DNA from: Octopus vulgaris
Lineage: Eukaryota
DNA length: 64,000 nucleotides
Reading direction: 5' to 3'
NCBI GenBank assembly: GCA_951406725.2
Contig: OX597827.1
Span: 19,406,001-19,470,000 of the forward strand
The notes beneath the pieces were generated by a model. The model saw only the letters and a program-made list of their open reading frames with translations, did no database searches and was not told the origin of the DNA. How positions within the stretch are numbered: position 1 is the first letter of the stretch; each line of letters begins with the position of its first letter. This document shows positions 26,651 to 39,327 of the stretch, piece after piece. Position numbers and translations under genes: made by a program.

Positions 26651-27227
26651 TGATGGCCAGATACCCCCTTCCTGTTGCCAACTTTATCCTGTTTTAAGTA
26701 AGGTAATATTCTCTCCCACAGCCGGACATATTTTCAGTGAAGACTGGAAATGGGGAACTCTACTTGTTTATAACTGTCCTGTGGTGTCAAGACAAAGTGG
26801 TGCACGTCCACACACACTGGGCTTCTTTCAGTTTCCATCTCCCAAATCCTCTCACAAGACTTTGGTCAGCCTGAAGCCATACTAGAAGACACCTGTTCAA
26901 GGTTCTACATAGCCATGCCTGTGACTTTGAGTGATTGTTACTATAATTTGGAATTGGTACTCTTTTGGGATTTTAATTTTAGTAATAATAATAATAATAA
27001 TAATAATGGTTCCTGATTAAAGTGCTGGGCCAACGGTTTTAAGCAGAAGGGATTAGTTGATGCCATCTGTCACAGTTCTTCTTCTGTTACTTAACCTTAT
27101 CAACCTTGAAAGGAAAGTTGACCCTGGCAAGATTTGAACTCAGAATGCAAAGAGCCAGAAGAAATACTGCAAGGTAATTCTTCCAACACTCTAATGATTC
27201 TGCCAGCTGTCTACATTTATATTAATA

Positions 27228-27624
27228 CTAGCAGTATCGCCCGGTGTTGCTCGGGTTTGTAAGGGAAATAACTATATAAGCATTTTTAGAGATGTAAAGT
27301 GTAATAGCCATCTCAATATGGCTAACCACAAAGGGGGGTGTTATTGTAGCTTTTTATGTTCTGAGATTTAATAATAAATTTTTAGAGAGTTACTTCCCTT
27401 ATATATGCCAAAAATGCATTAAAAATGGGAAAAATTTATGGTAAATTTTTTTTTTTAAATCGTAGACTCATCGTAGATGTGCGCTAATACCCAGAAGGGC
27501 TCGATATGAATCACGACTATAAGATACCCGGTTTTGGTTAAACTGCACCGCAAAATGTGGGAGTAGTTAGGAATCTAAATCATAGGAGACAGACAGCACA
27601 CAACCTCTCTTTTATATATAAAGA
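27228..27624 (-). mobile_element. Non-autonomous Helitron
   Basis: TC..hairpin-CTAG termini, same family as 8124 and 44768. Confidence 0.85.
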
Positions 27625-27806
27625 TTAACGGTGGCACTTATTCTATTTATTCAGCAGTACTGAGAGGCATTCTGCTCAACGGTAAATACAGAGTATTGAA
27701 CCCATGAACAGAAACAATATAAGACAATGGGCTTTAAAACTTTTTGATGCTTTTAATCCTTTTGCATTTATCAATTCATTGTCACTTGTCATTTGTTGCT
27801 TATTAA

Positions 27807-28023
27807 CCCTTTAGTATTCAGATTATTCTGTCAAATGTAAAGCTTATGTAATCAAATTGTTTGAATTAATCATGCAAAGACGTAGTATTGAAATTTTGAG
27901 GATGTGATTGCTTATTCTTAGAATGACATTGTAGGATAAGTGTGCAAAGCCAGATCCTGCCAGTTTGAATATAGAACAAGTAGAATATTTGGGCCGGATA
28001 TGGCCGGTTTAAATGCTAAAGGG
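27807..28023. mobile_element. piggyBac-like MITE family G2
   Basis: TTAA-CCCTTTAG..CTAAAGGG-TTAA. Confidence 0.8.
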
Positions 28024-28220
28024 TTAAACCTTTACTGACAATTATTATTAATTTATTGCTACACCAATTTTACTTTACTAACATTTTGATAATAATAAAA
28101 TAAAATCTTAAATTGTTCACTTGTCTCAATCTTCTTCATTTGGGTTTGACTAATTTCAAAACGAATAACTATATTTAAAAATCTATTTATCTATTCAGCT
28201 ACATCTGCAAATAAACTTAA

Positions 28221-28439
28221 CCCTTTCATGTTCAGATTACTCTGTTAATTGTGATGCTTTTTCACTCAAATTGTTTTGAATTAATCATGCATTATCTCAT
28301 AGCTTTGAGGTTTCAATGATGTGAATATTTATTTTTAGAATGTCAATGTAGGTTAGGTGTGAGGCTAGATGTGGCTAGTTCGAATATAAAACATGTAGAA
28401 TATTTTGGGCCGGATGTGGCCGGATTAAACACTAAAGGG
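28221..28439. mobile_element. piggyBac-like MITE family G2
   Basis: TTAA-CCCTTT..AAAGGG-TTAA; ends about 50 bp upstream of the exon at 28489. Confidence 0.8.
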
Positions 28440-28488
28440 TTAAGATTAACAATTGCCTGTATTAAATTGTGTATCTGTTTTCTTGCAG

Positions 28489-28576
28489 ATAAAAGGGACA
28501 GTTCTCAGCTCAATACTTCTGCTACTACTCAGTCGAAAGTGCCCCTGGCAAGACCCATTCCACCAATTCCCACCAA
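28489..28576 (+). CDS. Proline-rich SH3-domain protein (SH3D19-like), first identified coding exon
   Basis: ttgcag acceptor, gtgagt donor, phase 1-2; KRDSSQ..PLARPIPPIPTK. Confidence 0.7.
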
Positions 28577-29229
28577 GTGAGTAATTTTGTGATATCATTG
28601 CTGTTATTATCCAAGAGTCAAGCTATTGTAATACCATTGTACCCTATTGTTGTTGGCATCCTTTTTGTCCCGGGAGACAATGGAGTTGCACATAAAATAG
28701 TCTAGTCTGGCTTTTACATTTCATGTCCTAATACATTTCCTGCTGTGGCTGTGTAGCATTGTACACTGTATGTTGACAATAAATTCATTCAAATTATTCC
28801 CAGTCTATTTGTTGTCTTTAGGGACATCAGCTTCATGAGCAAACTGGAGAACCTATACTTCCGGAATTTTTTAAGGAATGTAACAGATTTTATTCAAATG
28901 AATTACAAATTATGGCACTGTCTACTTCAAATTATATTCTACAGGCCAACAGCATCACCATCATTATCGATATTATTGTTTTATATTTTTCAGACTATTA
29001 ACCTCATATTTCCAAAGTTTACATTTTACCAGCGTCATCCTTATTATCAATTTAACATTACTAAACTGTTTATCTGTTGGAATATCTTGTTTATTTAAAC
29101 TGTAGTAATATTACTAGTTAGTTACATTCAGTCATTTGATAGGCTTTCATTTGGGTGTGTCTCAAGATGTACTCTGTCAAATAGTTTCCAACCCCAATTA
29201 GCTAAACTATTTAAAAAAAAAAAAAATTC

Positions 29230-30724
29230 ATTTCCTAAATACATTGAATAAGAAATATTTGTGTCTTTAAAACGATGAACTTCCTGACTGGAAATGAGGA
29301 ATTCTCTAGTTTTAGGCTCCTGAAGGCTTTGGTAATTGTGGCTCTCAGCTCATCCTTTGTGTTGCAGCTTAATTTGTTGGTCTCTCATTCCATTATACCC
29401 TACGCAAAGAAGTCAAAGGGGTTGCAGTCAGGCAAGTTGGGAGGCCAAATGTCAAGTGCTGTATGATCAAAGAAATTCTCCGACAACCAGGCCTGAGTCT
29501 TCCAGCTGGTGTGGCAAGGTGCAGAGTCCTGCTGCCACATGTATGGCCTTCTTGCAGCTTCCCAGTTGATCCAGGACTTCACCACCTGGTTCAGAACATA
29601 GATATAGCTGTCGGGTGTTCAGTCTGAGGCTCTCAGGAAGAGGTGGGGTGGCATTCACTGCTGACGACACCAAAGATCATGATTGTCACTGGAAATTTCT
29701 TCTGCATGACTCTGGGAATGTCTTTGGCTGAGACAGCAAGCCACCTGTGGTGCTGGGGGTTGATCTGGTCTTGGCAAAAATTCTTGTTGAAGAAGAACCA
29801 CAGCATAGCAGGCCCCAGCAGGTGCTTCAACTTGATGATTAGCTTCTTGGTGTGTTTGAGTCAATTTTCCTGCATCACCTTAAACAGAAATGAATACACT
29901 TCAAATCCGTTAATGAGGATCGACCGGAAGGCAAGTCTGGTGCCAGCAGCCACGGTAATTCCAGCTCCGGTAGCGTATATTAAAATTGTTGCGTTTGAAA
30001 AGCTTGTAGTCAGAATTCGGGTCTCGAAAACGTGCCCCAGCATGTTCGGGGTGACGGCGCCGTCGCAGGCGTGCTTCTCGCACGTCCGCTTTGGTCGTCC
30101 GTTTGCACTCCCGGCCCTATTCGCTGGTGCGTGCACGGTCGGGCCACGGAGCTCTGCGCACATCGCCGCTGCATCGGCCGCCCTGCCCTGTCTTCGCCTG
30201 TGCGTGTCGTCCGGTTTCACGCCTGCACGTCATCACTTCGGTCAGTGCTTTCCTCATCTTGTATGAATAGTAGCAACATCAGCCTGATGATCTTTTTATC
30301 CACACCTTTATCCTGTGCAATGGCATGCATTGACTCGCTGGCATAATTGTTGATGATCTGGATTTCATCAATGAATTCCAGCATTCTGATTGTGTCAGAT
30401 CATCGATCATAAGTTTTCCTAGCTGCTTTTGCCTTGTACTTGAACCTTGAATCTTCCAGCTCCTTTGTCACCTTTTCCACCATCCTTCTGACGTTGAGCT
30501 AGTCTGAAATTTCTTTGTTTGTCCTTCTGGTACAGATTCCAAGGAGGAGTCCATGCCTCTTTCACAAATTGCGGGTTCAAAGTTTTCCACAATCAATTAT
30601 TCTGACAATAAATAAAGCAAAAATGGTTATTGGTTTTAAAAGGAAATTGACCAACGACAAAAGTAAAGAAAATATGCATAAATTTAGGAGTTCAGTATTG
30701 CAAATGAATACCATCCACACTCTG
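29230..30724 (-). mobile_element. Degraded Tc1/mariner transposon, DD37D (maT) type
   Basis: QQDSAPCH..WPPNLPDCNPFD with 37 residues between the last two Asp; frameshifts; TACAGAGTGT-like terminus at 30726. Confidence 0.85.
29879..30230 (+). pseudogene. 18S rRNA fragment (530-loop region plus GC-rich V4) inserted in the transposase
   Basis: GGCAAGTCTGGTGCCAGCAGCCACGGTAATTCCAGCTCC..GCGTATATTAAA matches the eukaryotic SSU consensus. Confidence 0.92.
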
Positions 30725-30985
30725 TAGTTATGCCTTGAAGATAAGGGTTCCACCAAAATGATATACTTTTCTCATACACTGTAATAAGTAAGTCTTCAAT
30801 AGCTGTATCTCTACAACCTGTTTGCAAATGGAACTCGCTACCACTGAATACATTGAGCTTAGAATAGATCAAGGGTTCATATAACTTGCTCCTCAAACAT
30901 TTGGGACCAGCCTCATTATACAAAAACTGGTTTTACTTAGGTTATTCTTACTTTACTTTTCTATTTTCCTTTTTACTTTTTGCAG

Positions 30986-31953
30986 GAAACCTGGGAAACC
31001 TCCTGTACCTGTATGTCCTCCACGCCCAAAAGTTGATGGTGAGACCTCCACTAATCATAGAAGTGTTGTTGGCCCCGATTCAAGCTTTGATTCTGTTCAT
31101 TCCACTCATTTACCACCAGATCGCCCTACACCAGTTACTCGCAAGCTTTCCAAACATGGCGCACCCCCACAACGCCCAAATGTCCCACCGGTAGTGAAAA
31201 TTTCTTCGACCTTCTTGTCCTCCTCTTCATCATTACCCTCTTCTACTTCCAAAACACCACTTTCAAGACCGCAGTCAGTAGTGCCAACTGTCAGCAGTCA
31301 TGAGAACCCTTTACAGTCCAGTGCATCCGTGGATCACTGTACTAAATCACATTGCCCACCACCTAGGCCCCAGCCTCGTACTTCAATAAGTCACAGTTCC
31401 AGTTCCTCTTCGGAGAAACTCACATGTGTTACCCCTCCGAAACCCCAGCCTCGGAAGAGAGTACCTTCTGCTGCAGTAAATACTCCCCTACCACGTAACA
31501 GCTCTAATAATCTGAATGATAATAATAATAATACCAACATTAATAACAATAATAATCTTAATGATGTTAATAACAATGTAAATAGTAATGCTGAGGAACT
31601 TTCTGCTGCCTCGACACTACTAACAACAACTTCTGTTGATGCACCTAACACAACTGATGAACTCATAAAAGATAAATCACCTCCTAACTCTTTATCTCTT
31701 GCCATACACAAAGCTTCAAAAAATGAAACTAGCTGTAATTCTGAACATCAGGCCACTTCTACTGTTTCACTTGAAAATTCTGTTAGTAATTTGACTGCTG
31801 ATTCCCACAAAGCCTTATCTTCAACCCCTGATCCCCAGTTTATTTCACCTCCAAAATGTGCCACTGAAACTGCTTCTAGTGTCCCTGTAGACTTAAATCA
31901 AATTGCAACTACAGATTCATTTCCACATTCCCAGCAAAATTCTGATTTTCCAG
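30986..31953 (+). CDS. SH3-domain protein coding exon (Pro/Ser/Asn-rich)
   Basis: Polypyrimidine-tgcag acceptor, gtaatg donor, open frame KPGKPPVPVCPPRPK..SDFP, phase 2-1. Confidence 0.85.
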
Positions 31954-32018
31954 GTAATGATAGCAGTGCTTTTTTCTGTTTATATTTGTAAATCTCAATG
32001 TTTTGTATTTATAATTTA

Positions 32019-32436
32019 GGATCTTTTCGGTTTGAACGGCAGTTTTTAACATAATTTCTAGATAACTAAAAAATTTTAAACTTCGTATACTGGTAGAATG
32101 TGTTTATAAAACATCTTTTTCTCTTGGCTTTATTGAGAAAATTCTATAGTTTGTAAGATATTTGTTGTTTTTTTTCTTCAATTTCTGCAATTTCAACCAA
32201 TCACTGACGTCCATTGAGGTAAGCAACATTCTGTGTCGTATGAATATGTCCCTCGTTTAAAAAACAGATTGGGTTTATTTACATTTGTGAAGACAAAAAA
32301 GATACCCTTCCCCCCAACCCAAATCCTAACCCTAAAATAGATAGAAATGCAATAGATTGATACTAGGGTCATAATTATGGGTGACAATTTGATATGACAC
32401 CGCTAGAAAAAACTGCCGTTCAAACCGAAAAGATCC
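32019..32436 (-). mobile_element. Family E MITE
   Basis: TIRs; 8-bp TSD ATAATTTA. Confidence 0.93.
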
Positions 32437-32554
32437 ATAATTTATATTATGTGTGTAACACCAAATGTATCTTGTTTTATTTTCAGTGTAGATCTGTTTA
32501 CTTTTTCGATCTTAATGTCTCTACCAGTTTAGTTTACTCTTTGTACTATAACAT

Positions 32555-32954
32555 ACTCTTACTCTTTACTCTTTTACTTGTTTCAGTCATTTGACTGCGG
32601 CCATGCTGGAGCACCGCTTTTAGTCGAGCAATTCGACCCCGGGACTTATTCTTTGTAAGCCCAGTACTTATTCTATCGGTCTCTTTTGCCGAACCGCTAA
32701 GTGACGGGGATGTAAACACACCAGCATCGGTTGTCAAGCAATCCTAGAGGGACAAACACACACTCAAACAAATACACACACATACATATATACGACAGGC
32801 TTCTTTCAGTTTCCGTCTACCAAATCCACTCACAAGCCATTGGTCGGCCCGGGGCTATAGCAGAAGACACTTGCCCAAGATGCCATGCAGTGGGACTGAA
32901 CCCGGAACCATGTGGTTAGTAAGCAAGCTACTTACCACACAGCCACTCCTGCGC
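32555..32954 (-). mobile_element. Family A SINE
   Basis: Full-length match. Confidence 0.9.
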
Positions 32955-33059
32955 ATCTATTTTTAAAAAAAATTTTGCTGCAAGCTATGTACTTCATCAC
33001 AAGTTTACCATTATTACACATGCAAGCTATGCTAAACAATTTAAAGAACATTTTGCAAT

Positions 33060-33606
33060 GTTAGTGTGCATGTACGACAGATTGTGAGCATCTTGAGAGA
33101 AAAGTCGGGCATAAGAGGCATCAGATGTGGTGTGCAAGAGAGAAGACTATGCTGGTATGGTCATGTGATGTGTATGGACGAGGACAGCTGTGTAAAGACA
33201 TGGCAATCAGCCCTTCTTTACACAGCTGTGGACGGAACCTGTGGAAGAGGTAGGCCCAGGAAAATATGAGATGAGGTGGTGAAGCTTAATCTTTGGATGT
33301 TGAGCCTCATGGAAGCAATAACTAGTGACCGAGACCTTTAGCATCATGCTGTGCTTGTGAAGACTTGTCAAGCCAAGTGAAATCACAGTTGTGGCCTGTG
33401 CCAGTGGCACATAAAAGACACCCATTCCAGTGACATGTTAAAAGCATCCATTATGCTCTTGGAGTGATTGGCATTAGGCAGGGCATCTAGCCATAGACAT
33501 CATGCCAAATGAGACTGGAACTAGGTGCAGCTTTCTGGTTTGCCAGTTCCAGTCAAACTGTCCAACCCATGCCAGCATGGAAGCAGACACTAAATGACGA
33601 TGATGA
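33060..33606 (+). mobile_element. RTE-clade LINE 3' fragment ending in a family D tail
   Basis: QERRLCWYGHVM..RGRPRK peptide followed by D-type 3' region and (GAT)n. Confidence 0.85.
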
Positions 33607-33621
33607 TATATATATATAATA

Positions 33622-34350
33622 TGCAAGGTGATATCAAAAAGTTTCTGAACTAGTTATGTAGCGTGCCAATAGATGGCAGCACATAGTTGCGTGTGCAGTG
33701 AGAGCTAGCAGTGACCTTCATGAGGCAGTGTGCCAAGTTAAATCGCTGTGTTTACTTCACAAGTTGTGAATTTTGTGTTTTTGTGACCATGTGTATGCTG
33801 TAGTCTGTGATTTTGTCATGGACAGGAAGTTGGAACAAAGTACCAACATGAAATTTTGCATTAAACTAAGAAAATTTGCTACAGAGACTTTGAACGTGCT
33901 TTGGCAAGCTTACAGCAATGAGCCAATGGGCCGTAATTTAATTTAATTTAATTTAATTTAATTTTTGATTTAATTTTTTTGGCTCAAAAAGCAAAAGCAA
34001 GGCCATGTAGGGGGACATGGAGTTATGTACAGGGAGGGTGTTCATACAAAGAGTTCAGGCCATTTCTGGTCAAGAGAGACTTTGAACTGAGCAGTCGTTG
34101 GCATCTTCACTATCTCGTCCAGCAGCTTATTCCACGGATCCGCAACCCGGATGGAGAAAGCCCCTCTGCAATGTTCTGAGTGGCACAGAGGCTTAAAAAG
34201 CAGAAGAACATCCCTGGAAGATGGTGAGCAATTTGGAAGACCTGCCATGAGCATCACTCCTAGAAATGTAGATAAAATTCATCAGCTTTGTGCACGAGGA
34301 TCGTCAGGGGACAATCAACAACGTTTTGAAACATTTGAGGGAGGACCTTC
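33622..34350 (+). mobile_element. mariner transposase 5' relic
   Basis: EQSTNMKFCIKL..ATETLNVL..QAY..EWHR..LED..GRP helix-turn-helix region, split by an insertion. Confidence 0.75.
33935..34169 (-). mobile_element. CR1-like LINE 3' end inserted in the mariner relic
   Basis: FSIRVADPWNKL..FKVSLD peptide, then (AAATT)n tail. Confidence 0.75.
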
Positions 34351-34435
34351 AACAAAAGTGACCGGATCTATGGAGTGAAAATTCTTTCCCATAAATCGCT
34401 ATATACTCTGAAGCCACAAAAGCGGTATTTGTAGA

Positions 34436-34675
34436 AAGGGCAGTGAACTGGCAGAATCATTAGCATGCCGGGCAAAATGCCTAGCAGTGTTTCGCCTGCC
34501 ACTACGTTCTGAGTTCAAATTCTGCCAAGGTTGACTTTGCCTTTCATCCTTTCGGGGTCGATAAATTAAGTACCAGTTACGCACTGGGGTCGATGTAATC
34601 GACTTAATACCTATGTCTGTCCTTGTTTGTCCCCTCTATGTTTAGCCCCTTGTGGGTAATAAAGAAATAAGTATT
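34436..34675 (+). mobile_element. Family C SINE
   Basis: Full-length; TSD GTATTTGTAGAAAG. Confidence 0.9.
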
Positions 34676-35548
34676 TGTAGAAAGTTTTGTTAAAAAGTAT
34701 CCATTTTTCTGGAGTTATGGGGCAACAAATTCGAGGACATATACATCTGTAGTAATGCCCTTTTATTTATATGATTTTTCCATTTCATGTTTATTTCATT
34801 CATTGTTTGCAATGTTCTCCCCTTCTCTCTCATATACACTGCAAAGCTTACAGATGGGCTGCTGAATTGAAATCTCTGTGATGTTTTTAGGGGAAGGTAA
34901 AACTTGACAAACTGCTTCTCCCTCTGTCGTTGGACTACCGTGATGTTTGTTTAAAAAAGAGAGATTATGACTGTAACAAAAATAATGAAAGCAATATTTA
35001 CTAAGCAAGTGAGCACAATTATACAAAGAGATAATTAGACGTAAAATATCATTAAAATTATTAGAATTGAGAAGCAAATGTGAAAATATTATCAAGGGGC
35101 TAGCAGAAAACCACCCGGAGGGCAGTTTTTCTGCTAGTATATGTATGTATGTATATATATATATATATAAATGATAGATTTTTTTCAGTTTCCAATTGCC
35201 AAATGTACTCAGCATGCTTTGGTCAGCCTGGGGCTTCTAGTTGAAGACACTAGCCGAAGGTGTTGTGCTGTGGGGTTGAACCTGAAACCTCTTTGATTAT
35301 TTACCTTCTTTTATTTGAAAAAGGGGTTTACCTTGAAATATTATTGAGATTATCAAACAAACAATGTAAGCTAATACAATATCTTTGTTTTCATTCACTG
35401 GTATTACTGTACTTATTTTGATTAACTCCTCACTAGCTCAAAGGTTTTACTTACTTTTATCTCATTTTTACAAAATAAAGCAATACTTCAAGCAAATTTC
35501 AATACTCTTTTATATATTAATGTATTTTGAAAAAATTTGTCATTTCAG

Positions 35549-36223
35549 TGCCAACACCAAGACTAAAACAGCAGTTGGACACAAAACCAGAGAACAACAA
35601 TGACAATTTCCGGACGTCGCCAAGTGAAGAATTATGTGATTTTCAATTGCCATCATTAGAAGATCCAGTTTCAAGCAAATCCTGTGGGAAACGTCCAACA
35701 ATTATTAGACCTGTTGAAAAGTCAGATCCAGTATGTTCTAGTGAAGAACCAATTGGATTGTCTTCTGGTAAACGAGAAAGTTTACCTAGACCTTCACGTC
35801 CTCCTCTTCCTGCAAACAGAAATACTCTGAAGAATTCTTCTTTAAGGAGACCTTTACCCAGACCACCACCACCTATACCAAAGGCAGAACCTGTTTCTAC
35901 AAATGAATCCAGTTTTCCAGCACCTTTGCATGGCAGTAGTGATCTATCGGCCAAACCACAGCCAGGGATGAAGAAACCTTCAAAGTCTTCTGAATCTGCA
36001 AAATCTCCAGGTACAAAGGGAAATGAGGGCTCTACAAAAGAGCCAGAGACAAAAGTAGATAATGCAAGTCGTTTAAAAAACTTCTTTTCCAGAAAAGGCT
36101 CAACACCCTCACCTCCGGCAAGTGATAAAAAGCCTGTAGCTGCGAAGAATCGAAAAGCTGCTGAGATGCTCCAAACAACCAAAGATTACACTAAACGCAT
36201 CTCTGAGACTTTGGGATTAACAG
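35549..36223 (+). CDS. SH3-domain protein coding exon (Pro/Lys-rich)
   Basis: tttcag acceptor, gtagag donor, 675 nt, phase 1-1; RPSRPPLP, RRPLPRPPPPIP. Confidence 0.85.
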
Positions 36224-36419
36224 GTAGAGCTAAGCCTATCACATTGTGTTTTGTACTTTATAATGTATCATATATACCATGTCATACTGATTTGTTCCAT
36301 GTCATACTTTGTCACAGCACAGCTAGGATCAATTCAGCAAGGGACACATAGCAAGATGAACATTAGGTTTGCTCAACTGGCTAAGAAATAGCTGTCAAAA
36401 TATCCTTCAAAATTCACCT

Positions 36420-36726
36420 TTTGTTTATTCCTTCTCGAGCCATGCTTGGCTCATAAGAGCCGGTTTCCTGGTTTCTTGGTGTATAGGTTCCCCACCTGGA
36501 ACAGGACGCCAGTCCGTTGCAGGTGAGCTGCAAGATGCAGGAGGAAAGAGTGAGAGAAAGTTGTGGTGAAAGAGTCAGCAGAAGTTCGCCATTACCTTCT
36601 GCCGGAGCCGCGTGGAGCTTAGGTGTTTTCGCTCATAAACATACACATCGCCCGGTCTGAGATTCGAACCCGCGATCCCTCGACCACGTGTCCGCTGCTC
36701 TAATCACTAGGCCATGTGCCTCCACA
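36420..36726 (-). mobile_element. Family B SINE
   Basis: Reverse complement of 9578-9876. Confidence 0.9.
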
Positions 36727-37094
36727 TAAAATTCACCTTACCACCATATAAGTCTACTCAATCAGGGTCATCTGCAGACAACATCATCATATCAGTACAC
36801 CACAATATATCACATCATACTACATTCAATTAACATGCCGTGCTGCATTATTACACTTTAGAGTACATTAATCATCATCATTTAAATATCCATTTTTCCA
36901 TGCCTGTCATGGGTTGGACTAGTTTTCTCTAGCACAGAATCTCCACAGTTGTAGCATCCTTTCATTATATCCTTTGTGATACTTAGCCTCTTTTTCCACA
37001 AGTTCCTCCTATTTGCATTACTTGGCACTTCTTTCCCCAACTGTTATCCTCCACGCAGTGAAGTAACACAGCTTTTGGCTGCCCATTTTCTTAA

Positions 37095-38179
37095 CCCATT
37101 CGTTACTATATTTCTGACCAAAATACACCCCTTATGTGTTTCAATTAATTTCTAACGTAATCATAAATTTAGTCTGGTTTCATTAAACAACTATAACTTT
37201 TTTATTTATCAATATATTAATCTGATTTTTGGAAGATAATTTAATGAAATATTCTCAACCAATTCTATACTATAATTTTTGTCACAAAGTGACTCTAATT
37301 GCAGGTAGATACAGGTAAATTCAACAAAATATAAAATTAAAATTTTGTTCAAACATCGCTATAGAAAATGGGTTATTAGCTAATATTCAATTGGGTATAC
37401 AACAAAATTTTACGATAGAATTTGTTATTCTGGGTAACTTTCTGATACCCATAATAATATTTACGGCAAAATAGTCTTAATTTCATTTAAGGTTATGGGA
37501 AACCACAAACTATCGTTTCTTTCGCTTTGTTTACGTTTAGCGTAACGGTTCGTTTTCGCCGTAATGATTTCAAATGGGCTCATTCGAAAAGTAAAAAGAA
37601 ATAGTCTAAGGCTTTACTCCTCTGGGAAAGTTTGTGGCTTGGTCCAGTTTCTTCAGAAAAATCACTGAAAGAAACAGTTTTTAAATTTTCACTCCATTCA
37701 GGTGCTAATTCGTTTTCTTTATCGCTGTCGGAGCTCTCGAATTCACTGTTTTCACTTTCGGAAAATGAAACATCAGATTCATTATCAAATACCATGTGCT
37801 TTTTTTTTTTTCAGTCATAGAGTTAGATTTATGAAGGTCTTCAGTAGAAAATCCTTCGAATTCTGACTCACTGCTTGATATAATGAAATTCGTATCCATT
37901 TTTTTGTCAGAATTACAAATTTTGAAAACACAATAGGAACAAATTTCGGAAAAAAATCTCTCAAAATTCATGGAATTAAAATTACACTTCGATTATTGTA
38001 CAAAACTGTAGTTGAACTGTTTACGAAGTATAATACGTGTTTTCACGAATGTACTAAAGAGATTTGCTCTGATATTCTCATTTAAATATGAATAGGTAAA
38101 TTCGGGCGGCTTTGGGCGGTTTGGTCACATTAACCAAAATTTTTTTCGGGCAGCTTTGGGCGGTTTGGTAACGAAAGGG
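37095..38179 (-). mobile_element. Internally deleted piggyBac element with transposase N-terminal relic
   Basis: TTAA-CCC..GGG-TTAA; acidic SSSESEFEGFS region, then LDYFFLLF..TNRYA motif; frameshifted. Confidence 0.85.
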
Positions 38180-38443
38180 TTAAATGTGACATACCTACAA
38201 TTACAGATAACACATAAAGTAACTGCTCCATGCTGAGCAACAACCACACCCATTTCACTACATGTGCGCAATCTATCCATACCAATGGACTCTCCTCTTT
38301 TGCACACTTCACCCGATTCCTCCTATATCGGGTTTAACTTCCAGTTTATTTGTGATCCATCTTTCATATGATCTAACATTACACAGCTGTTAGAACATGT
38401 TCACCTCATTTCTTTCCACTGTTTCAACATCCTCCACATTTAG

Positions 38444-38915
38444 CCCTTTCGTTACCAACTTGGCTGAAACCGGCTCTGGCTCTGAGTACAAATGTCTTGT
38501 TTCCATAAGTTTTGAATTAAAATCTTCCACCAAATCTTAGTCACAATTTATGTTCCTAACACTAGCTGAATGATAACTAAGTTATTTTACTAAATTCTTT
38601 GTTATATTTAAAGTAATTGAAAGAAACACAGAGCATCTCAAAATAAATACAGTAACAAAAGGGTTAAAATATATAATAGAGAAACAATTCTTAACTCTTT
38701 TGTTACCAACCTGGCTAAAACCAGCTCTGACTCTGTAGTACAAATGTCTTGTTTTCATAAGTTCTGAATTAAAATCTTCCACCAAATCTTAGTCACAATT
38801 TATGTTCCTAACACTAGCTGAATGATAACTAAGTTATTTTACTAAATTCTTTGTTATATTTAAAGTAATTGAAAGAAACACAGAGCATCTCAAAATAAAT
38901 ACAGTAACAAAAGGG
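38444..38915. mobile_element. Two adjacent piggyBac-like MITEs, family G1
   Basis: 38444-38663 and 38695-38915, both ending AAAGGG-TTAA. Confidence 0.85.
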
Positions 38916-39327
38916 TTAATGCCCATGTTTTCACACCTTGCAAAATCGTGCTTCATACATAAGCCCCTTACAATCCTCCCTTCTAATTACAATTTACTCC
39001 TCACTCACTCAGAGATAGATTCCCTTTGCTCCTTAGTAGAGTTAATGGTTTCCTAAACTTTTTCCACCTTGTTTTTATTTGGTGTACTATGCTTTTGGAG
39101 TATCTACCTGCACTGTTAATTACCAATTTCACACCCCAGTCCCTCCTAAAACACTTTCCCTCAAACGTTTTGTATATTCGGAATCTACATGATATAACAC
39201 ATATTCGTAGAAAATTACATTAAAATATATTCATAATTTCTGAAAGTTATGATCATCCAAAGTTGGGTGGGGGCAGGAATCTGTAGTTATGCCCTATTTT
39301 GTACTCTTTCTTTTTTTTCTTTTTTAG

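Noticed and set aside
29643-30266. 207-aa ORF, or a functional rRNA gene
   Set aside because: Chimeric read-through of antisense transposase and the 18S fragment; the rRNA is partial, with substitutions in conserved motifs
35643-36182. Antisense ORFs over coding exons (also 31391-31711 and 39929-40156)
   Set aside because: Shadow frames of Pro/Ser-rich sense exons
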